This document shows, one piece after another, positions 51,682 through 61,530 of a DNA stretch of 64,000 nucleotides. The stretch covers positions 39,609,760 through 39,673,759 of the forward strand of contig NC_068997.1 in assembly GCF_001194135.2 (NCBI RefSeq). The letters are read 5' to 3'. This DNA comes from Octopus bimaculoides. Lineage: Eukaryota. Each line of letters opens with the position of its first letter. Within the stretch, counting starts at the first letter, position 1. Below the pieces are notes generated by a model. That model did no database searches. It was given only the letters and a program-made list of their open reading frames with translations, and was not told where the DNA came from. Made by a program: the position numbers and the translations under genes.

Positions 51682-51998
51682 CACACACACACACACGCAC
51701 ACACGCACACACACACACGCACGCACCCTCTGGCATAAACAGCTGCTGTTGCTTTAATTTCGTTATTGCGTTCCTAATTGTGTCTCCCTTGCAACAACGG
51801 AGAGCTTTCGAATGTTATCGGCACCGCACCTTCCTGCAGACCAATGAGACAATCTAAAGGGAAAGAACATACGAAAACGAAACAAAAAAGAATCACAATT
51901 CCTTCTATCTGACTTCAATTTACAAATGCAGGAACTAAACAATTCTCCATGTTTGTGAAAACAACAGCAACAACAACAACAAGAGAAACAATAATAAT

Positions 51999-52203
51999 GG
52001 TTTCAAATTTTGTCACAAGGGAAGCCATTTTGGGGATGTGTCGATTACATGGACCTCAGTGTTCAACTGCTACTTAATTTATCGACCCCAAAAGATGAAA
52101 AGCAAAGTCGACCTCAGTGGAATTTGAACTCAGAACGTGAAGACGGACGAAACACCGCTAAGCATTTCTCCCGGCGTGCTATCGATTCTGCCAGCTCACT
52201 GCC
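51999..52203 (-). mobile_element. SINE family A
   Basis: Full head and core; embedded between AAC and AAT/GAT arrays. Confidence 0.88.
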
Positions 52204-52239
52204 TTAGAAATGATGATGATAATAATAATAATAATGATG

Positions 52240-52331
<92 letters not shown>

Positions 52332-52399
52332 AAGAAGAAGAAGAAGAAGGACCACAACAACAACAAACAACAACAACATTTAATAATACAACACAGTAG

Positions 52400-52965
52400 T
52401 TGGAGCAAAGGAACTGAAAATAATTTGAGAACGATCCCTGCACGAAACGCAAAAGATTTTCTTAATTGCTACGTCACACATATTGAGTAGAGTATTGTCG
52501 CTGTTAATCTTCTTTCCTTTATTTTCCTTGTTTAAATTTATATTTTCTTTTTCTTTTCTCTCTGTCTTTCTTCTCCTTTTTTCTATCACATGACTTTGTA
52601 AATGAACAATCTGGTGTGATTATTTTAATGGCCTACAAATGTATACAGTGCGTGTCTCTGCCCTGGATGTCGGACGGCACTTGGCAAGAAAAGGAAACAG
52701 AATTGAAAGAAGATAATAATAGTGACAATCATACTAGTGATAATAATGATAATTATAATTAATAATTAACAGAATCCGTAACACAACCAAACAAAAGAAT
52801 GGTGGACGGATAATAATAAATACTATGAAATAGTTGATTTAAGAGTTACACATACACACACACGCTACTATGAAACACCCCTCTAAAATCATACCTGAAA
52901 AAACACATACTGTAAATACCCAACAAAATGAACGAAATCCACAACATGTGCCATAGAAGGCTTAT
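52400..52965 (+). mobile_element. R4/Dong 3' end plus long 3' UTR, paralogue of 1040-1590
   Basis: KGTENNLRTIP...QKIFL...SHILSRVLS, followed by a UTR collinear with 1205-1590. Confidence 0.78.
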
Positions 52966-54180
52966 ACCTGAAGCTAATGAAGTCACAGCTATATAGTCCG
53001 AACCCAGTGAAGGCCGTAAATACTTGGGCAGTATGATTACTTAGATAGTCAGCTGCTTTTGTAGATTGCACAAAAACTGAATTAGCAAAGCTAGACAGAA
53101 GAACTAGGAAGGAATTCAATATGAATGGAGGACTTTAGCCAAGAGCAGGAGTAGAAAGGTTATATCTACCTAGAAATGAAGGTGGAAAATGGTTACTATC
53201 AGTAGAAGGCTGTGTAGAGTTAGCTAGAGTATATATAGACTCCTATGTAGGTAATAGTGAAAAAAGTTTATTAAAAGTTGCTAGAGTCACAGCAAGACAT
53301 AAGGAAACCAAAACACCAAACGAACTTAAAAAAACAGAAGAAACACACAAATTATCTAACCGGCAAGAGAAAGCGTTGTATGGTAGATTCCCAAAGAAAG
53401 TTTCAGCAAATGGTTGTAGTGGTACTTGGTTATGGCTGCAGAAGGGAAAGCTAAAGAGGGGGGACAGAAAGCTTGTTAGTAGCTGCACAAGACCAAGCAT
53501 TAAGGACTAATTGGATAAAAGCCAAAATAGACAAAAACCAAATAGATTCCCAATATAGATTATGCAAATCAAAAGAGGAAAGCGTTGCTTATGTAGTAAG
53601 TGAATATAGTATGCCAGCACAGAAAGAGTACGAGAAATGACATGACAGTCTAGAGAGAACGATCCACTGGGAGCTTTGTAGGAAGCTAGGATTTGAACGT
53701 ATTGATAAATGGTATGAAAATGAACCTAGCGAAGTATTAGAAAGTAAGAAATACGAGATTTTGTGTTACTTTATTATGTTGACTGGTAGAGTAATAGAAG
53801 CTAGAAGGCCTGATTTGGTAGTAGATAAAGAGAATAGAAAGTGCTAGATAATTGACTTTACAGTCTCAAATGATGATGAAAATCAATATGAAAGGTATAG
53901 AAAAAATAGCCAAGTATCAAGAATTAAATTACAGAGACTATAGAAAGTTCGGGTAAAATGTATCTCAGTCGTTATAGGTGGATTGGGAACTATCCCTAAA
54001 GATCTGAACAGATGGATACAGGAAATAGGCATAAAACCCAGTTTAGTACAGGTTCAGAAAACACAGTTGTTAGGGACAGCTAGGATACTTAGGAGGGTTC
54101 TTGGCATCGAAGGCTACTTGTTCGAGCCTGATGTTAGGATTCATTTCTTTTCCAACAGTCTAATCTGTTGAGTGTATATG
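52963..54180 (+). mobile_element. Decayed R4/Dong LINE, 3' third
   Basis: VERLYLPRNEGG, AAQDQALRTN, CCHC-like segment, HD...HWELC, RRPDLVV, IIDFTV, VIGGLGTIPKDL...GTARILRRVLGI; short UTR then (GAT)n. Confidence 0.9.
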
Positions 54181-54185
54181 AATAG

Positions 54186-54228
<43 letters not shown>

Positions 54229-54282
54229 ATGATGATGGTGATGATGATGATGATGATGATGATGATATGATGATGATGATGT

Positions 54283-54448
54283 TAATTGCTGCACAAGACC
54301 AAAGCCTCCCCACCAGAAATTACCAAAAACACATAATGAAAAGAAATATAACAAGTAACTGTAGAATATGTGGAGATCGACAAGAAACAATAAATCATAT
54401 TATCTCTGGCTGCCCAGTCCTGGCTAAGAAGGAATATATTCACAGACA
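54283..54448 (+). mobile_element. R4/Dong CCHC zinc-knuckle fragment, uninterrupted, running into a gap
   Basis: LIAAQDQSLPTRNYQKHIMKRNITSNCRICGDRQETINHIISGCPVLAKKEYIHR. Confidence 0.9.
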
Positions 54449-54489
54449 NNNNNNNNNNNNNNNNNNNNNNNNNNNNNGTATATGAATAG

Positions 54490-54532
<43 letters not shown>

Positions 54533-54542
54533 ATGATGATGG

Positions 54543-54615
<73 letters not shown>

Positions 54616-54621
54616 TTGATC

Positions 54622-54691
<70 letters not shown>

Positions 54692-54801
54692 GAAGAAGAA
54701 GAAGAAGAAGAAGAAGGGGAGGAACAACAATGACAACATGTGTTTATGGGTTTGCATTTGTAAGCTTGAATGCATCAGTTCAGGTATTCCACTGTGGAAT
54801 A

Positions 54802-55520
54802 CCTGGGTATGCTGAAAAGTTCCTGTCTTTGGGTAATAGAAAATACAGGTAGATCAGTTTCTTATGATTTTACTCAATATATTCCCCTCGTAGATTCACA
54901 CTCTTATTGCAACGGTCTTTCAGTTTTTCTAAGCCCAGTATAAACAACTCGGAAGGTTGGGTTTCCAACCAGGCCTCTGGAACAGTGATCACTTCCGAAT
55001 GGGTGTGATATTTAATTCCCTTGAGATGTTTCTTTGGTTGTGGAAAGAGATGATAGTTGGAGGGAGATAAGTCAAGAGAGTAAGATGTGTGATCTACCAA
55101 TTCAAAGCCAAAGTATTTTCCGTAGAGTTTCATGTGCTGTGTGTCCTGGTGCATTGTTCAATAAAAACAGGACTCCCGACTTATCTTTCCAGAGTTTTTC
55201 TGCTTCAAAGCTTCACAAGTTTGTCCAACAGAGACATAGTATTCTGCGCTGATGGTACGACCTTTTGACTGGTATTTTATGAGAAGTACTCCGTCTTTGT
55301 CCCGGTGTTCCTGAGGCCAGGACCTTTCCAGCTGACTTCTGGATCCGAAACTTCTTGGGATAAGTTAAACCACTGAGGCGCCAGCCCATTGGTTACCCCT
55401 TGGTTTGGGATCATAGTGAAGAAGCTAAAAATTCATCTAGAGTGACTAAACGAGCCTTAAAATCAGCATCTCCCGCTGCAAACTGGTCCAAAATCGCTTT
55501 TGGTGTCGTCACTCTAATGC
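54802..55520 (-). mobile_element. Mariner transposon, 3' half
   Basis: ORF 54870-55154 HTSYSLDLSPSNYHLF...GLEKL..R.NK.V...GEYIE (YSPDLAPSDY motif); upstream NNAP.H (DNAPAH); TA + CCTGGGTATGCTGAAAAGTTCC TIR-like end at 54800. Confidence 0.88.
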
Positions 55521-56997
55521 ACTTCTGATATAATTAATATATANNNNNNNNNNNNNNNNNNNNNNNNNNNNNNNNNNNNNNNNNNNNNNNNNNNNNNNNN
55601 NNNNNNNNNNNNNNNNNNNNNNNNNNNNNNNNNNNNNNNNNNNNNNNNNNNNNNNNNNNNNNNNNNNNNNNNNNNNNNNNNNNNNNNNNNNNNNNNNNNN
55701 NNNNNNNNNNNNNNNNNNNNNNNNNNNNNNNNNNNNNNNNNNNNNNNNNNNNNNNNNNNNNNNNNNNNNNNNNNNNNNNNNNNNNNNNNNNNNNNNNNNN
55801 NNNNNNNNNNNNNNNNNNNNNNNNNNNNNNNNNNNNNNNNNNNNNNNNNNNNNNNNNNATATATGTATATATATATCCTACTTATGATAATTCAGAAAAC
55901 ATTAGAATAAATAGCATGACTGTTTGATAAATAGAAATTACTGTTGTGCCTTTGACCTTCTGATATTACGAAAACAAACTTTAATAATCTGTTACTTTGT
56001 GAAGTGAAACTTCGTTTGGAACTCTTCAAATAAATGGAATGGATATTTCATCCAAAGCTGAATGCTTTCGAGTTGTAACTCGAAAAAGAAATTTCAGGTT
56101 CCAATTCTTCTGGCAACTGGATATAAGGTAGTTGAAGTTGTGCATATATATGGGGGGGAAAACGATGAATTTCCTGATAAATTGGTGAAACAAATGATGG
56201 GTTCACAGAAACATAGAGTGTTTACAGGTAACCACATCAATAACAATGAGCATAGAACAATGGGTTATTTTATTCGTATAGATTCGGAGGTGTATGATAA
56301 TCAAGGCTTGTAAGTATAGAAAAGTGAATACAGGTTTTTTTTTTCTTTTTTTGAAGCGTTTTACTGTTTTTAAAAGATGGTCAGGCATCATGGATGAGAA
56401 TAATGATGAAGCATTTAACTGAATTTGGTTTGAATATGCATCTAGGAATGTTAAAGAGGTGTTCTTGAAAAGCTTATCGTTCAAACGTTGTCTCGTGCGA
56501 ATTATTATCTATTAATTGTTCTATTTATCATTATCTCAGGAGTGGGGGAGAAGGGGAAAGCTTTTATTCTAGATGATGACAATAGGAGCAGGTCGTGTAC
56601 ATAAAAAGAAACTAGACTTCTGGAATCGATTGTCTGTTGGCCATGGTAAGTGGAATATTCAAAATCTATTTGTATGAGAGGTAACGGTTAGTAGTAGCTG
56701 TGATAGTTTGAATCATGGCTGAAGATTAACAAGTGAAGTATACAAAAAATAAATATAAATATTTAAATAAATTTAAATTTTATTTAGAAATAGATTAATA
56801 GAAATATAATACATGCAAAGACTAAAAACAGGAGAGAAATATAACGAATAAAAATGTGGGAGTAAAAATCTGGGTAAGCGAAGCTGAAAAGATATAAAAA
56901 TGTAAAAACAAATTAATGGCGACATCAACAACGAAAATAAAAAAAAAAGCAACAACTTCAATAAGAACAAAAAATAACGTAAATAATAATAATAATG

Positions 56998-57040
<43 letters not shown>

Positions 57041-57066
57041 GAAGAAGAAGAAGAAGAAGAAGAAGA

Positions 57067-57126
<60 letters not shown>

Positions 57127-58480
57127 NNNNNNNNNNNNNNNNNNNNNNNNNNNNNNNNNNNNNNNNNNNNNNNNNNNNNNNNNNNNNNNNNNNNNNNNNN
57201 NNNNNNNNNNNNNNNNNNNNNNNNNNNNNNNNNNNNNNNNNNNNNNNNNNNNNNNNNNNNNNNNNNNNNNNNNNNNNNNNNNNNNNNNNNNNNNNNNNNN
57301 NNNNNNNNNNNNNNNNNNNNNNNNNNNNNNNNNNNNNNNNNNNNNNNNNNNNNNNNNNNNNNNNNNNNNNNNNNNNNNNNNNNNNNNNNNNNNNNNNNNN
57401 NNNNNNNNNNNNNNNNNNNNNNNNNNNNNNNNNNNNNNNNNNNNNNNNNNNNNNNNNNNNNNNNNNNNNNNNNNNNNNNNNNNNNNNNNNNNNNNNNNNN
57501 NNNNNNNNNNNNNNNNNNNNNNNNNNNNNNNNNNNNNNNNNNNNNNNNNNNNNNNNNNNNNNNNNNNNNNNNNNNNNNNNNNNNNNNNNNNNNNNNNNNN
57601 NNNNNNNNNNNNNNNNNNNNNNNNNNNNNNNNNNNNNNNNNNNNNNNNNNNNNNNNNNNNNNNNNNNNNNNNNNNNNNNNNNNNNNNNNNNNNNNNNNNN
57701 NNNNNNNNNNNNNNNNNNNNNNNNNNNNNNNNNNNNNNNNNNNNNNNNNNNNNNNNNNNNNNNNNNNNNNNNNNNNNNNNNNNNNNNNNNNNNNNNNNNN
57801 NNNNNNNNNNNNNNNNNNNNNNNNNNNNNNNNNNNNNNNNNNNNNNNNNNNNNNNNNNNNNNNNNNNNNNNNNNNNNNNNNNNNNNNNNNNNNNNNNNNN
57901 NNNNNNNNNNNNNNNNNNNNNNNNNNNNNNNNNNNNNNNNNNNNNNNNNNNNNNNNNNNNNNNNNNNNNNNNNNNNNNNNNNNNNNNNNNNNNNNNNNNN
58001 NNNNNNNNNNNNNNNNNNNNNNNNNNNNNNNNNNNNNNNNNNNNNNNNNNNNNNNNNNNNNNNNNNNNNNNNNNNNNNNNNNNNNNNNNTACAAAAAACT
58101 TTGAAATATAAAAATAAAAAAAAACTCTTAAGAACAATTGTTTAAAATCTCTGAGTATTTTTTTCGTGAAAACAGTTAAAATGGAAAATAGAGGGAGGAA
58201 TTGAGTGGCGCTAGTAGATTTTATAAAGTTGTGTGTGGATGAGATGGAAGGTGATAATAATAATAATAATAATAATAATAATTATTATTATTATTATTAT
58301 CATTATTATTATTAAATACATATGATTATCAAAAGTGCAGTGATGGTAGTAATAAGACTTTTGCTACGGGAGTATTGTTTTATTTTTTTTTCGCTAATTG
58401 TTCAGCAATGCCAGAGGATTCTATTTTGAAAACGTGTATGTGCCCGTCATTCAAGGTGCTTCATATTGTCACAGTGTGAA

Positions 58481-58688
58481 GCAGTGAGCTGGCAGAATCG
58501 TTACCGTACTGGGCCAAATGCTTACCAGCATTTCGTTCGTCTTTACGTTATGAGTTCAAATTTCGTCGAGATTCACTTTGCCTTTAATCCTTTCGGGATC
58601 GATAAAGAAGTACCAGCTGAGTACAGGGAACGATGTAATTGACTTACTACCTCCCCCGAAATTGCTGGCCTCGCACCGAAATTTAAAC
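58481..58688 (+). mobile_element. SINE family A
   Basis: GCAGTGAGCTGGCAGAATCGTTA...GAGTTCAAATTTCG...TTTGCCTTTAATCCTTTCGGGATCG. Confidence 0.85.
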
Positions 58689-58897
58689 CAACATTGGAGC
58701 GTCAAGTGATGGTAAGTTGTATTAAAAAAATGTGAAGTTAAAGGTGGAAAAAATAGCGGATCTAATTATGACAGAATTTTATTGAGTATTTTATGGTCTT
58801 CTTTCATTTTAGATCATTACACTTTAAGCGTACAGATGGTTTCACAGGTAGTTTAGCCTAAATCTGATTTTGAGTTTAGTGAAGTACCTTGCAGCAT

Positions 58898-59243
58898 GTG
58901 GAGGTGCAATGTCCAAGTGGTTAGGGCAGCGGACTCGCGGTCGTGGGATCGCGGTTTATTGAGCGAAAGCACCTAAAGCTCTACGAGGCTCTGGCAGGGG
59001 GTGATAGTGAACCCTGCTGTACTCTTCCACCACAACTTGCTCTCAATCTTACTTCCTGTTTCTGTTGTGCCTGTATTTCAAAGGGCCAGCTTTATCACAC
59101 TGTGTACGCTGAATCTCCCCGAGAACTACGTTAAGAGTACAGGTACCTGTGGAGTGTTTAATCACTTACACGTTAATTTCACGAGCAGGCTGTTCCGATC
59201 GGATCAACTGGAACCCTCATCGTCGTAACTGACGGAGTGCCAA
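58898..59243 (+). mobile_element. tRNA-derived SINE, family D (B-box region deleted)
   Basis: tRNA-like head TGGAGGTGCAATGTCCAAGTGGTTAGGGCAGCGGACTCGCGGTC; GC-rich body ending CGTCGTAACTGACGGAGTGCC. Single copy here. Confidence 0.65.
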
Positions 59244-59380
59244 GACGATCTTTTAGTATAATAAGGCAATATTTTCCAACGTAAGGATGTTGTTATATCC
59301 ATTGCGCATGTTATATTTGTATGTTTTATTCTCCACTTGATCGTGAAATACTCGAAGTTTTCGCTTTCAATGGCTATATA

Positions 59381-59541
59381 GGTGTAGGCGTGGCTGTGTC
59401 GTAAGAAGCTTGTTTCCCAACCACATGGTTCCGGGTTCAGTCTCATTACGTGGAACCTTGGGCAAGTGTCTTCTACTATAGCCGCGGGCCGACCATAGCC
59501 ATGTTGGTGGATTAATAGACAGAAACTGACAGAAGCCTGTC

Positions 59542-59587
<46 letters not shown>

Positions 59588-59800
59588 ACACACACACACA
59601 TATATATATATGTGTGTGTGTGTGTGTCTGTGTGTGTGTGTGATATTTATGTGTATGTGTCTGTGTTTGTCTCCCCCACGCCATCGCTTGGCAACCGATG
59701 TTGGTGTATTTATGTCCCTGTCGCCTAGTGGTTCGGCAAAATAGACCGATGGAATAAGTACTAGGCTTACAAAGAATAAGCCCTGGGGTTGATTTCTTTC
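59381..59800 (+). mobile_element. SINE family B with expanded internal (TA)/(CA)/(TG) array
   Basis: Head GGTGTAGGCGTGGCTGTGTCGTAAGAAGCTTG, B-box-like GGTTCAGTC, tail GAATAAGTACTAGGCTTACAAAGAATAAG. Confidence 0.88.
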
Positions 59801-60303
59801 TAAGAACCATCTCCGGGACACGCCTCGGGGTCGATAGCAGTTGCATGAAAACAGGGGTAGGTATGGGTGTAGGAAAGGTTTTTAGGTTCCCTACTGACTA
59901 ATTTTGAAATGAAGTTTTAGTACTAAATTGTTCAGGTTGAAAAATTTACGCTCCCTGTACATGCGGGAAATGTTTACATGTTAATTTGAAAACGTTGTGG
60001 GGATGTGTTTTACGAATATTGAAACTGAAGAGTACTTAAACTAAATATTTCGTATCCGGCTTTGCAGAAATGTGATGTCTTGGGTTTGTTTTCTCTTTAA
60101 ATAATCCTGGTTTTCACATCACTGGAATATTGCAAGGGTAAGAACTACAAAGACCTCAAAATCGGAGTTATAATCTTTGTCTCTGTATAGATACTTATTA
60201 AAATATTTAGAATCTAAGTGATAATTTTTTATTCTTCACCTCCCTATAAATATAATTTATTTTTCATTTAATTTATATTGTTATTTTGATATTCATTTTT
60301 ATA

Positions 60304-60396
60304 CGGGTTAGAAACGCTAAACAGTGAAGTGTACAAATATAAACTTGTTACCAATTCAAATATTTGTACACATTACTGTTTAGCGCTTCTAACCCG
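60304..60396. mobile_element. 93-bp palindromic mini-MITE flanked by TA
   Basis: 60301-60340 pairs with 60360-60399 (37/40 matches, 19-nt loop); TA on both sides. Confidence 0.85.
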
Positions 60397-60521
60397 TATT
60401 TTCTTTCGGCCAGGCTAATTTTTGGTATAACTAGTCACAGTACTTCCACCGCACACAAATGTATTTATACAGATTCTGGTTCAATGTATGTGTCTGTGTG
60501 TATGAGACTGTGATAGTGACA

Positions 60522-61363
60522 TATGGGTTCTGATCCGGACTGTTGCCATAGTAACGAAGTTAAAGCACATTGAGTAAAGCCGCTTGGTACAGATTAACCT
60601 TGAGCTTTGCTCTGCATATTTTAACGATCTAGTTCACTTCTGCTGTTTACGGCAGTGCTTAGAAGGAAGATGTGTAACGTGTGGTTGTCGCATTGGCCAT
60701 GACAAAGAAAGTTGTCATTGCGATATCTGTTCAGAGGCCTATGCAAAGTTACAAAAAATGTATGGGGAGAAGTGTACGAGCCGCACACAAAAGTACGAGT
60801 GGTTCATACGATTCCAAGATGGCCGAAAAAATGTCGGTATGGACGAACTCTGGGAGACTCGCAACTAGCAGGACTGAGAAAATTTCATAGATGTGCGTGC
60901 AGCTGAAGGAAATCTTAGAATCACCATCCGTGAGTTATCAGAGGATGTGCAAATTAGTTACGGTTCAGTTCAGTCCATTATCACTGAAGATTTCGGTTAG
61001 AGACGCCAAAACTGTTTTCAGCTGACCAAAGGGGCACTTGGGTTTCCGTTGCACAAGATCTCATTGACTGTGTCAAGAACGATGAAAACGTTTTGAAAAC
61101 TTTGCGTAGGTTCCTGAGCAGGTAACGGTAATCTTTTAGCAAAACTTTGTCTGCTCAACTTTGTCATGCTCAATGTAACGATCACATGGTACACACCTTC
61201 ATTCCAAGCACTGCTGTAAACAGCGGAAGTTAGCTAAAACGTTAAAACTTAGCGCGCATGCGCAGTAGATTTCAAGGTCATTCTGTGCCAAGCGGCTTCA
61301 CTCTGGGCGCGTTGGGTTCGTTATTATAGCAACAGTCTGGATACTTATTGATCAGACCATGTA
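60522..61363 (+). mobile_element. Mariner derivative made of two inverted 5' ends
   Basis: Plus-strand HTH region EAYAKLQKMYGEKCTSRTQKYEWFIRFQDGR...TIRELSEDVQISYGSVQSII. 61088-61363 is an inverted copy of 60522-60762, including the TIR and the ORF start. Confidence 0.85.
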
Positions 61364-61498
61364 CATACAAACATAAATCCATGCACCCATACATGTGTAT
61401 ATAAATATATGCGTAAATATATTATATATGTACATACATACATACGTGCATAGATGCATGCATACATGCATACATACATACATACATGCATTCATGCA

Positions 61499-61529
<31 letters not shown>

Positions 61530-61530
<1 letters not shown>

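Noticed and set aside
10769-58145. Long ORFs (160-480 aa) in the ORF track
   Set aside because: They read through N-gaps (11003-11850, 13628-13912, 21982-22584, 25288-25794, 27176-27280, 28717-29368, 34904-35900, 36688-37484, 57127-58089) and flanking microsatellites, so they are artefacts.
125-59800. SINE heads as functional tRNA genes
   Set aside because: They lack cloverleaf 3' halves and continue into SINE bodies.
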